Made by a program: the position numbers and the translations under genes
Notes under the pieces: generated by a model
What the model saw: the letters and a program-made list of their open reading frames with translations, nothing else
Database searches by the model: none
What the model was told of the DNA's origin: nothing
Shown here: piece by piece, positions 44,923 through 54,848 of the stretch
Position numbering within the stretch: position 1 is the first letter of the stretch
Layout of the letters: each line of letters begins with the position of its first letter
Origin: an uncultured Clostridia bacterium
GTDB lineage: Bacteria > Bacillota > Clostridia > Christensenellales > Borkfalkiaceae
NCBI GenBank assembly: GCA_947627765.1
Contig: CANQXA010000003.1
Coordinates: 12,713 to 76,712, forward strand
Direction of reading: 5' to 3'
Length of the DNA: 64,000 nt

Positions 44923-45009
44923 GAAAATGTCTCCTTGCGGCGCGCCGTACGGCAAACGCCTTCGATTGGTTTATTTAGAACAAAAATTGTTAGTTTCTTT
45001 CTGAGGTGA

Positions 45010-45042
45010 CCGAATTATAATTCGGAAAAGAAGGGAAGTCAA
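45010..45042 (-). promoter_or_regulatory. Candidate promoter of the glycan locus with a perfect 16-bp palindromic operator over the -10
   Basis: Minus strand: TTGACT (45042-45037), 17 nt, TATAAT (45019-45014). The palindrome CCGAATTATAATTCGG (45010-45025) is centred on the -10. Confidence 0.45.
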
Positions 45043-45217
45043 GTTCTCTCATAAAAAAAGTAAAATTGTCCATATTTCGAAGTTTTTTTGCCGCAAAGTT
45101 AAATTTGATATGGCGAATTTTCCGTAAATACTAAATTTATTAAGATAAATGTCCAACCAAAATCTAAACTGTTTTACTTTAATTGAAACAAAATGCGGAA
45201 GGGGTACAGGAATCGAA

Positions 45218-45255
45218 GCGCCGCCCGAAGCGGCAAAAGTCGCTTCGGGCGGCGC
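45218..45255 (-). terminator. Strong hairpin immediately after the SDR stop (terminator-like, weak U-tract)
   Basis: Perfect 15-bp stem GCGCCGCCCGAAGCG-8 nt-CGCTTCGGGCGGCGC, 4 nt beyond the stop at 45260. Confidence 0.45.
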
Positions 45256-45259
45256 CCTG

Positions 45260-46159
45260 TCAGTGCTGGTTGAATTTCTTCCGTACGAACCAATCGGTCA
45301 CCCGTTCGGGGAGCATTTTGCTGAGGTAGCGGACGAAATTGTTCTTCCCTCCCACCGCGGAGACAGGGGGCGGATTCCGCTTCTCGGCGAGTTTTAAGAT
45401 GGCGTCCGCGACGAGGGAGGGATTCATGCCGCCCTGCTCCATATTGGCGAGCGCCGCCGAAGCCCGCTTGACCGAAGGCGCGTACGCCTTGCTCTCCTCT
45501 TCGCCGTAGACCCGCCGCGCGTAGGTGAAATCGGTCGCCGTCCCCCCGGGGAGCAACGCGCTGACCCGTACGCCGTGCGGTCTCAGCTCGAGGTCGGCTT
45601 CCCGCGCGAGCATGGAGAGCGCCGCCTTCGAAGAGGAATAGAAGGAATCGTAGGGAATGGGGACGTCGCCGCCTAACGATCCCACGAGCACGGCGCGCCC
45701 GCCCCTGCGCTTCAAATAGGGTACGGCGGCTCGGAGCGCCTCCACCGCGCCGAAATAGTTGACTTCGAAGAGATAGCGGTAGTCCCCGCTGCGCGCGTAT
45801 TCGATGGGCGCCGCCATGGAGAATCCCGCCGAGTAGACGAAGAGATCGATCGCGCCCGATTCGTCGCCCGCAGACATGATCGCCTGCTGGAATTCCCCCT
45901 CCTGCGCGGCGTCCGCCGCAATGGTGCGGACCCGTTCCCCCTTGAATGGCGTGCGGGATATGTTGTATACGCGGTATCCCCTGCCGAGGAGACGGAGCGC
46001 TGTCTCCCTGCCGATCCCCGACGACGCGCCGACGATGATCGCGGCCCGTCTTGCGGACATGGTATGCTCCGATTCGCCCGACTTGGGCGTTTGCGGCTTG
46101 ATTTCCTTGTTCTGCTTTTCCCCCTCTTGCTTTGCGGGAGCCATGGTTTCTGTCTTCAT
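45260..46159 (-). CDS. Short-chain dehydrogenase/reductase (SDR)
   Basis: IIVGASSGIGRETA (TGxxxGxG) and YSSSK catalytic motif. A canonical-length protein would start at ATG 46060 (MSARRAA). The track start 46159 adds a K/E/Q-rich 33-aa extension. Confidence 0.8.
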   Translation of the reverse strand: MKTETMAPAKQEGEKQNKEIKPQTPKSGESEHTMSARRAAIIVGASSGIGRETALRLLGRGYRVYNISRTPFKGERVRTIAADAAQEGEFQQAIMSAGDESGAIDLFVYSAGFSMAAPIEYARSGDYRYLFEVNYFGAVEALRAAVPYLKRRGGRAVLVGSLGGDVPIPYDSFYSSSKAALSMLAREADLELRPHGVRVSALLPGGTATDFTYARRVYGEEESKAYAPSVKRASAALANMEQGGMNPSLVADAILKLAEKRNPPPVSAVGGKNNFVRYLSKMLPERVTDWFVRKKFNQH

Positions 46160-46194
46160 ATACCCCGAGTATGGTCGGAAAGAGGAAAATTATT

Positions 46195-46965
46195 CTAACC
46201 GAGCGCGAGATCGAGCAACATCATCAAACAAAAGCCCGAAATCACCCCGACGGCGGCGACCGTCTTGTTCTGTTCAAAGCACTCGGGAATGAGTTCGGAA
46301 CAGACGACGGCGATCATCGCGCCCGCGGAAAAGGCGAGCGCCCACGGCAGAAGCCCGGTGATAAACGTCGCGGCGACGGCGCCCATGAGGCAAGCCGGGA
46401 TCTCCACCGCGCCCGAGGCCTGCGAGATGAAAAAGCTCTTGCGGGGAGACATTCCGTCCGCCCTGAGGGGAAAGGCGAGGCAGGCGCCCTCGGGAAAATT
46501 CTGGATGGCGATCCCCACCGCAAAGAGCAGGGCAGAGAGCGCCGCGGCGGGTTCGTGGGGCGCCACCGCAAACGCTACCCCCACCGCCATGCCTTCGGGG
46601 ATGTTGTGAAGGGTCATCGCGAGCAACATCAGCCCGTTCTTACGGCTGAGACGGCGGAATTCCTTCTTTTTGCGGGATAAAACGGCGTCCGAGACGAACA
46701 CGAGCGCGCCGCCGAGGAAGAAGGAGATGGTGACGGCGGCAAAATTGGGAATGGGCGTCTCATAGCCGAGCGCGGGAAGGAGGAGGGAAAAGAAACTCGC
46801 CGCGATCATGATCCCCGCGGCGCCCCCCGTCAGCGCGGTAAGAAGGGCGGAATTGAGTTTCCCCGAGAAAAATACGAGACAGGCGCCGAGCGTCGTCGCG
46901 CCGTAGGTCATCAGAGAGGCGAGGCAGGCCTGTTGCCATGCCTGAAGAGAGAAAAACCACTGCAT
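46195..46965 (-). CDS. ZIP-family divalent metal transporter (ZupT/GufA-like)
   Basis: 256 aa from ATG 46965 (MQWFFSL..). Motifs HNIPEGMAVG and QNFPEG. Multiple TM helices. Confidence 0.85.
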   Translation of the reverse strand: MQWFFSLQAWQQACLASLMTYGATTLGACLVFFSGKLNSALLTALTGGAAGIMIAASFFSLLLPALGYETPIPNFAAVTISFFLGGALVFVSDAVLSRKKKEFRRLSRKNGLMLLAMTLHNIPEGMAVGVAFAVAPHEPAAALSALLFAVGIAIQNFPEGACLAFPLRADGMSPRKSFFISQASGAVEIPACLMGAVAATFITGLLPWALAFSAGAMIAVVCSELIPECFEQNKTVAAVGVISGFCLMMLLDLALG

Positions 46966-47111
46966 TTGTAAAACCCCCTGCCGCCTTCCGAGGGAAGGGC
47001 GGTCACCCCATCGTATGCGGAAGACGCCCCGTCCTGCCAACGAAAACCGTCCGCGGGCAATTTGCACAAAATTTCCGCCTCCGATTTTTCATATAATTTT
47101 CATTTTGAATC

Positions 47112-47140
47112 TTGACAACCGCCGCATTCCGTATTATAAT
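47112..47140 (+). promoter_or_regulatory. Consensus sigma-A promoter for the 156-aa membrane protein gene
   Basis: TTGACA (47112-47117), 17 nt, TATAAT (47135-47140). SD GGGGGA precedes ATG 47170. Confidence 0.55.
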
Positions 47141-47169
47141 AGAGGAAATTCATATTTGGGGGAAAATTT

Positions 47170-47640
47170 ATGTTGTTGGCAATCGGCATCGTTACGTTGT
47201 TTTTGACGGCGTTTATGCTTGCGATCTACGGCTATCTCGGCAAACACACCGAGCGCGACGTCTCGTTCTTCATGGCTGTCGGCATCATTTCGATCGTGAT
47301 GAACCTGTTCACGAACGCGGGCGGCGGCGGCGCGCTGTGGCTCTCCGTCGGATACCTCGCGATCGCGGTCATTTTCATCGCGCTCAGCTTCGCCGTCAGC
47401 GTGCAGGGGACGGTCGGCTTCTACAAATCGGTCGGCTCGTGGTGCGTCAAGACGTTTACGAACGTCTCGCTCATCGGTTGGCAGATCCTCTCCTTCTTCC
47501 TCTTCCCCGCCGGCATCGCGCTCTACTTCGTGTGGTATAAGACGAAGCCCGAGCTCGCGGAAGTCTGCGGCAAGGCAAGTATGTGGGGCGTGCTCCTTTG
47601 GGTCGTTCTTCTGTGGACCATCCTCGGCATCCTTCTTTGA
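47170..47640 (+). CDS. Hypothetical integral membrane protein (156 aa)
   Basis: Five hydrophobic segments. Bracketed by its own promoter and terminator. No recognisable family. Confidence 0.6.
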   Translation: MLLAIGIVTLFLTAFMLAIYGYLGKHTERDVSFFMAVGIISIVMNLFTNAGGGGALWLSVGYLAIAVIFIALSFAVSVQGTVGFYKSVGSWCVKTFTNVSLIGWQILSFFLFPAGIALYFVWYKTKPELAEVCGKASMWGVLLWVVLLWTILGILL

Positions 47641-47653
47641 GATCTCAAACGTG

Positions 47654-47685
47654 AAACGGCGCCCCGATACGGGGCGCCGTTTTTT
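47654..47685. terminator. Bidirectional intrinsic terminator between the membrane protein gene and dnaJ
   Basis: AAA-CGGCGCCCCG-ata-CGGGGCGCCG-TTTTTT. Confidence 0.75.
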
Positions 47686-47744
47686 GCCGAAAACAAAGCT
47701 CAGACGAAATATCCCCGTACCATGTCCGAGGTACGGGGATCATT

Positions 47745-48884
47745 TTACGGTTTGTACGCCTCTTTCCCGTAGAGGGCGGAGAGGTTGTCGGCATAGCGTT
47801 TGGACTTTTCGTACTGTTTGAGTTCGGTCGCCGAAGAGAGTTCGGAAAGCGCGCGCTTTTGCTCTTTGGTGAGCTTGGTCGGCACTTCGACGAAGACGTT
47901 GACGTAGAGATTGCCCGTCCCGTTTCTCGAACGGATCCCCTTTCCGCGGATGGTGAAGGTGTCCCCCGTCTGCGTCCCCTCGGGAACGTTGTACTCGAAC
48001 GCGTCGTCGAGATCGGGCACGCGGACCGTCCCGCCGAGCGTCGCCGTGAGGAAGGGAATGGGCAGATCGAGGTAGAGGTCCATATTCTTGCGGCGGAAGA
48101 GCTTATGGGGCTGGACGCGGAACACGACGATGAGGTCGCCCGCTTCGCCGCCCTCCGTGCTCGCCTGCCCGTACCCGCGCTTGCGGATATAGGAATTGGT
48201 ATCGGCGCCCGCGGGAATATCGAGAGTGAGCTTCGTCTCGCGGCGGAGATACCCCTTCCCCTTACAGTCGGGACATTTGTCGGTGACGATCTTCCCCGTC
48301 CCCCTGCAATCGGGGCAGGCGCCGACGCGTACCGTTCTGCCGAACATCGTCTCCTGCGTGAAGCGGACCTGACCCTTCCCGCCGCACTTTTGGCAGGAGC
48401 GGAAGGCGGTGCCGTTCTTGGCGCCCGTGCCGTTACAGGCGGCGCAGGGCTCGTTGCGGGAGTAGGTGATCTCTTTGCGGCAACCCTTCGCGGCGTCCAT
48501 GAAGGAGAGCTCCATTTGGAGCTGGATGTCCTCGCCCGAGGTATCGCGCTGGACGGTCGCCCCCCCGCCGAAACCTTGGAAGATGGAATCGAAGATGTCG
48601 CCGAAGCCGCCGAATCCCCCGCCGCCGAAGCCGCCGCCCATGCCGCCCATACCACCCATACCGGGGTGCTCCTGCTCGTAATCGTATGCGGCGCGCTTTT
48701 GGGGATCGGAGAGGACCTCGTTCGCCTCGTTGATCTCCTTGAATTTTTCGGCGGCAAGTTTGTCTCCGGGATGGAGATCGGGATGGTACTGTTTGACAAG
48801 CTTCTTGTACGCCGCCTTGATCTCTTCCTCCGTCGCGTCCTTCTTGACGCCGAGGGTGTCGTAATAATTCTTCTTTTCTGCCAT
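47745..48884 (-). CDS. dnaJ: Chaperone DnaJ (Hsp40)
   Basis: J-domain with HPD (YHPDLHPGD), G/F-rich linker, four CxxCxGxG zinc-finger repeats. Confidence 0.95.
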   Translation of the reverse strand: MAEKKNYYDTLGVKKDATEEEIKAAYKKLVKQYHPDLHPGDKLAAEKFKEINEANEVLSDPQKRAAYDYEQEHPGMGGMGGMGGGFGGGGFGGFGDIFDSIFQGFGGGATVQRDTSGEDIQLQMELSFMDAAKGCRKEITYSRNEPCAACNGTGAKNGTAFRSCQKCGGKGQVRFTQETMFGRTVRVGACPDCRGTGKIVTDKCPDCKGKGYLRRETKLTLDIPAGADTNSYIRKRGYGQASTEGGEAGDLIVVFRVQPHKLFRRKNMDLYLDLPIPFLTATLGGTVRVPDLDDAFEYNVPEGTQTGDTFTIRGKGIRSRNGTGNLYVNVFVEVPTKLTKEQKRALSELSSATELKQYEKSKRYADNLSALYGKEAYKP

Positions 48885-49009
48885 AATTCACGAATTTTTC
48901 CCCGACGGAAAAATTCCGCGAGGACTGAATTTTTATTATCTCACAGCAATTTGCCCATACCCATGTCCGCCATCAAGCGTTACAACCGCGCTGTTGTGGG
49001 AGGGTTCTA

Positions 49010-49055
49010 CATCGGCCAAGGGGATTCTTCGGGGGCGTTGCCCCCTCAGAATGAC
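49010..49055. repeat. Dispersed copy of the type-A palindromic unit (same family as the array at 24573-25114)
   Basis: CATCGGCCAAGGGGATTCTTCGGGGGCGTTGCCCCCTCAGAATGAC. Confidence 0.8.
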
Positions 49056-49376
49056 GCGTTAGTGGAGGGTTTCCCCTCTCAATTCCGTCATGTCGAGCTT
49101 GTCGAGACATCTCTACAATATTAAGGATGAGATTTCTCCACGCGCTCGCTATCGCTCGCTTGGTCGAAATGACGTGGGGAAGAACGCGCTTCGCACTCCG
49201 CTACTTCGCCTGTGGCTACTTCACCTTCGGCTCGTGCCGACCTTGGTATCACAAATAGAAACTTCGGTCGGGGCGTGCCGTGCTTCGATACACAATAGAA
49301 GCCTCGCCTGGGGCGAAATAACGGATAGGTGGGCATTCCCTGCCGCCGCAACGGGTAGGGGGGTGGGCATTGCCCC

Positions 49377-49423
49377 GTCATCGACCAAGGGGATTCTTCG
49401 GGGGCGTTGCCCCTCAGAATGAC
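49377..49423. repeat. Dispersed copy of the type-A palindromic unit with the GTCATCGACCAA prefix
   Basis: GTCATCGACCAAGGGGATTCTTCGGGGGCGTTGCCCCTCAGAATGAC. The unit and its prefix closely match those at ~24630-24676 (one-base difference). Confidence 0.8.
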
Positions 49424-49469
49424 GCGGGTACGCGGCGGGGCGGTGACGGGAAAAGAAATCCAACCAAAC

Positions 49470-51251
<1,782 letters not shown>

Positions 51252-51293
51252 ATTTGATTCTCCTTTCTCGTTCACAAGATTCTTTTTTGAAGT

Positions 51294-51857
51294 TTATTTC
51301 GTTACGACGACCTGCGCGTACCGCAGGACCTTCCCTTGCAGGGCATAGCCCTTGCGGTAGACTTCCTTCACCACGCCGCTCTCTTCCCCTTCGGCAGGCT
51401 CGACCGCCATGATCGCCTCGCAGGTCCCGGCGTCGAACGCCTCCCCGAGCGGGCAGATCTCCTCGATCTTTTCCTCTTCGAGGATCTTTTCGAAGGCTTT
51501 CACGACGAGTTCGATGCCACGCTTCGTCTGCTCTTCCTTACAGCTCGCGACCGCGCGGGCAAGATTGTCGGCGATCGGGAAGAGCTTGGAGATGACGTCC
51601 GTCCGCCCTTCCGTATACCGCTGGGCGCTCTGGTTCTGCGTACGGCGGCGGTAGTTCTCGTATTCCGCCGTAACGGAATACCACTTGCGCTTGTAATCCT
51701 CGGCGAGCGCCATGGCTTCGGCGAGTTCGCCTTGCTCCTTTGCGCCCTCTTCGGGCAGGGGGGCGTTTTCCTCCGCGCTCTCTTGGGAAGCGGGGGGGAC
51801 GGCGTCCTCCGCGCTCTCTTGGGTCAGTTCTTTGTTTTCGTTCTCGTTTTCGTTCAC
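51294..51857 (-). CDS. grpE: Nucleotide exchange factor GrpE
   Basis: 187 aa with GTG start. Acidic N-terminus, then YKRKWYSVTAEYENYRRRT.. and a C-terminal beta domain ..VKEVYRKGYALQGKVLRYAQVVV. Confidence 0.9.
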   Translation of the reverse strand: MNENENENKELTQESAEDAVPPASQESAEENAPLPEEGAKEQGELAEAMALAEDYKRKWYSVTAEYENYRRRTQNQSAQRYTEGRTDVISKLFPIADNLARAVASCKEEQTKRGIELVVKAFEKILEEEKIEEICPLGEAFDAGTCEAIMAVEPAEGEESGVVKEVYRKGYALQGKVLRYAQVVVTK

Positions 51858-52023
51858 GGCGCTACCTTGTTCGTTCGTATTTAGACATCTTACATATAAT
51901 GTAAAATATAAAATTCTAAACGCTCCTGCGAAAAAAAATTCCGTTTTTTTTCCGAAAATTTCCGTCTGCTCCCTTTACAACCGCACAAAATTATATTAAA
52001 ATAAGGGAAACGGAGGGGAAATT

Positions 52024-52656
52024 ATGGAAACCAAAGCCTATGAGCTCTTTGCGAAGCGCAACAATAAGGTCAAGATCCGCGTGATGCCGGGGCATTTTGT
52101 CACCCAGCACTCCCACGTCAACTACTGCGTGGACATGACGAGGGTCAAAACGGAGATGGGGCTCGCGCGCGCGGCGGCAAAGCTCTTTGCCGAGAGCTTC
52201 CGCGACGTCGTGGTGGATACCATCATCACGCTCGAACGCATGAAAATGGTGGGCGCGTTCGTCGCCGAGGAACTTTCCTCCGCCTCCGGGCTCAACATGA
52301 ACCAGGACATCGCGGTCATTTCCCCCGAATTCACCGCCGACGAGAAGCTGATCCTGCGGGACAACCTCGTCCCCTATGTGAAGGACCGCCATGTGCTCAT
52401 CCTCGCCGCGACCGCGACGACGGGCATCACTGCCATGGGCGCCATCCGCGGCATCCGCTATTACGACGGGGACCCTGTCGGCGTCGCCACGGTGTTCGGC
52501 GGCAACTTCGAGATCCCGGGCGTGCCCGTAAAAAAGCTCATCGGGACCGAAGACCTGCCCGCGTACAAATCCTACCGCCCCGGCGAATGCCCGCTCTGCA
52601 AGGGCGGCGTGAAGATCGACGCGCTCATCAATTCCTACGGGTATAGCAAGATCTGA
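52024..52656 (+). CDS. Phosphoribosyltransferase-fold protein with a degenerate PRPP loop
   Basis: 210 aa. HVLILAATATTGITAMG aligns to the type-I PRTase PRPP motif (VLIVDDvxtTGgT) but the acidic pair is replaced by AA. C-terminal CPLC motif. Confidence 0.65.
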   Translation: METKAYELFAKRNNKVKIRVMPGHFVTQHSHVNYCVDMTRVKTEMGLARAAAKLFAESFRDVVVDTIITLERMKMVGAFVAEELSSASGLNMNQDIAVISPEFTADEKLILRDNLVPYVKDRHVLILAATATTGITAMGAIRGIRYYDGDPVGVATVFGGNFEIPGVPVKKLIGTEDLPAYKSYRPGECPLCKGGVKIDALINSYGYSKI

Positions 52657-52688
52657 GCATACCATGTCCGAAACAAAGCGTCCAAAAA

Positions 52689-52722
52689 CGCTTCTCCCGC
52701 GCGGAGAGGCGTTTTTCTTTTG
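52689..52722 (+). terminator. Intrinsic terminator after the PRTase-like gene
   Basis: CGCTTCTCC-cgcgc-GGAGAGGCG followed by TTTTTCTTTT. Confidence 0.65.
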
Positions 52723-52812
52723 AAAAAATTTTCCTGTTTTCGGTCACCTTGCCTCCCTTCGGCGGGGCTTCTATGGTACAATCGGATCGCGGCGGGGATC
52801 GAGGTGTAATCA

Positions 52813-53340
52813 TTGTCGTTTTTACAGCTCATGAGCGCATTCCGTTTCTTCGGGGCGGACGTGCTCCTCATCGCATTCGGGGTGACCTTCACCGTGTCGC
52901 TCCTCAAAAAGACGGTCTTAAAATCTCTACCCAAAAAGGCGTTCGTCTTCCTGCCTTTTCTCGTCGGACTCGTATACTACGCACTGTGGCGCGTCCTCAT
53001 CACTCTCAGCTGGGAACCTCTTGCGGGCGGGTTTGCGGTCACGCTCGAGGGCGGATTTGCCTGCGGCTGCGCGGCTACGCTCTACTACGTCGTCTACGAA
53101 CAATTCCTGCGCAAGAAAAAGGTATCTCCGCTCCTCCCGCTTCTCGGATTTCTTCCCGAAGACAAGCGGGAGACGGCGGCGCAAGAACTCTACCAAGGCG
53201 CCCTCAAGACGGAACGCGAAGAGCGGGAAGAATACTTCCGTTCGGCGCTTCCCGCCTATTGCGACCCACCCATGTCCGAAGAAGAGCTCTCGGAAATCGC
53301 AAAGCTCCTCGCGGATTATCTCTTGGAGCTGGGTCTGTGA
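52813..53340 (+). CDS. Hypothetical membrane protein (175 aa)
   Basis: TTG start 6 nt after GAGGTG. Three to four hydrophobic helices, then a charged C-terminal tail. Confidence 0.55.
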   Translation: MSFLQLMSAFRFFGADVLLIAFGVTFTVSLLKKTVLKSLPKKAFVFLPFLVGLVYYALWRVLITLSWEPLAGGFAVTLEGGFACGCAATLYYVVYEQFLRKKKVSPLLPLLGFLPEDKRETAAQELYQGALKTEREEREEYFRSALPAYCDPPMSEEELSEIAKLLADYLLELGL

Positions 53341-53348
53341 CCGTCTTT

Positions 53349-53378
53349 CCCCCTGCCCGCCATCGGGCAGGGGGTTTT
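53349..53378 (+). terminator. Intrinsic terminator
   Basis: Perfect 11-bp stem CCCCCTGCCCG-ccat-CGGGCAGGGGG followed by TTTT. Confidence 0.65.
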
Positions 53379-53414
53379 CGGTATAAAAAAGCCGCCGCGT
53401 CCCATACTTCTTTC

Positions 53415-54848
53415 ATGAAAAACGTCGCGGGAGATCTGAACAAAACCAAAGAGGCCCTCAAAAAACTCCTCCCCGCCGAGGATATTCTGACGTTCGGGTT
53501 TACGTCCGCGCGCGGAATGGAGTTCTGTTGCGTCTTCGCCGACCCGATCACCGACAAGGAGCTTTTGGGCGAGCAAGTGATCCGCGCCCTCTCCGATTAC
53601 GACGGGGAAGCGAAGGCGGAGGAGGTCGCAAAGAAGCTGACTTCCCCCGAGACGAAGACGGAGCCCTCCCTCGAAGCGCTCGCCGATGAGGTCCTGCTCG
53701 GCAATCCCGTGCTCCTCTTTGCGGGCATGGATGCCGCCGTTGTGGTCGGAACCAAAAAAATCTTCACGCGCGCCATCTCGGAGCCCTCCACCGACGTCGC
53801 CGTCAAAGGTCCCCGCGAGGGCTTCATCGAGGACTTCAAAACGAACACTTCCCTCGTCCGCCGCCGCTTCAAGACGGGCGATCTCAGGATCGAGACTTCG
53901 GAAGTAGGCAAGCGCTCGAAGACGGTCGTCGCCGTCTGCTATCTCGACGGCATCGCCCCCGCCTCCGCCGTGGAGGAAGTGAAAAAGAAGCTCCAAGAGA
54001 TCGAGATCGACTACATCCCCGATTCCTCCTACCTCACCCACTTCCTCTCCTCCCGCCCCTATTCCCTCGTGAAACAGGTGGGGACGACGGAAAAGCCCGA
54101 CATCTTCTGCGCAAAACTCGCCGAAGGGCGGATCGGGCTCCTCGTGGACGGCTCCCCCATCGCCCTCACCGTGCCCTATCTTCTCATCGAGGACTTCCAA
54201 TCGAGCGAAGACTATTTCGTCCCCGCGTACCGCGCCACCTTCACGCGGCTCTTGCGGCTCTTCGCCCTGATCGTCGCCATCTACCTGCCCGCCTTTTACA
54301 TCGCGGCACAGCTCTTCAAGCTCCAGCTCTTTCCCATCAAGCTCCTGCTCACGATCTCGGGGAGCATCCGCGATATCCCCTTCTCGCCCTCCCTCGAAAT
54401 GCTCCTCGTCCTGCTCGTCTTGGAGGTCTTGAACGAGGCGTCCATCCGTATGCCGAAATACGTGGGAATGGCGCTCAGCGTCGTGGGCGCGCTCGTCCTC
54501 GGGGAGACGGCGGTCTCGGCGGGATTCGTTTCGACGCCTGCGATCATCATCATCGCCTTCTCGGGCATCGGGCTCTACGCCGTCCCCAACCTCATTGAAC
54601 AGACCAGCGTCCTCCGCCTCGCCATGCTCCTGATCGCGGGCAGTGTGGGCACCTACGGGATCATCCTCGCGACGGCGTTTATCATCCTCTATCTCGTGAC
54701 GACGGAGAACTTCGGCACGCCGCTCGTCGCACCCTATGCGCCCGTCGTCGGAAGCGATCTCCGCGACTCCCTCATCAAATACAATTTGGGCTCCCTCAAA
54801 CAGCGTCCCAAGACGCTTCGCAGTCCCAACCGCAGGAGGCTTGCATGA
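53415..54848 (+). CDS. Spore germinant receptor subunit A (GerAA/GerKA family)
   Basis: Internal ATG of track ORF 52749..54848. GPREGFIEDFKTNTSLVRRR.., VAVCYLDGIA.., and a C-terminal multi-TM region, all typical of the GerA family. Confidence 0.85.
   Translation: MKNVAGDLNKTKEALKKLLPAEDILTFGFTSARGMEFCCVFADPITDKELLGEQVIRALSDYDGEAKAEEVAKKLTSPETKTEPSLEALADEVLLGNPVLLFAGMDAAVVVGTKKIFTRAISEPSTDVAVKGPREGFIEDFKTNTSLVRRRFKTGDLRIETSEVGKRSKTVVAVCYLDGIAPASAVEEVKKKLQEIEIDYIPDSSYLTHFLSSRPYSLVKQVGTTEKPDIFCAKLAEGRIGLLVDGSPIALTVPYLLIEDFQSSEDYFVPAYRATFTRLLRLFALIVAIYLPAFYIAAQLFKLQLFPIKLLLTISGSIRDIPFSPSLEMLLVLLVLEVLNEASIRMPKYVGMALSVVGALVLGETAVSAGFVSTPAIIIIAFSGIGLYAVPNLIEQTSVLRLAMLLIAGSVGTYGIILATAFIILYLVTTENFGTPLVAPYAPVVGSDLRDSLIKYNLGSLKQRPKTLRSPNRRRLA

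Noticed and set aside
46966-47060. Riboswitch-like leader upstream of the ZIP transporter (hairpin CCGCC-c-TTCC-ctc-GGAA-GGCGG at 46981-47002)
   Set aside because: It is a single short hairpin that does not sequester the putative SD. It resembles no metal-sensing RNA I can recall. Evidence is insufficient.
51858-52023. CIRCE element / HrcA operator upstream of grpE
   Set aside because: TTAGA...TCTAA ends (51881-85 and 51915-19) superficially resemble CIRCE termini. However, the arms are only 5 nt, the spacing is wrong (29 nt rather than 9), and they are not concentric with the inner palindrome.
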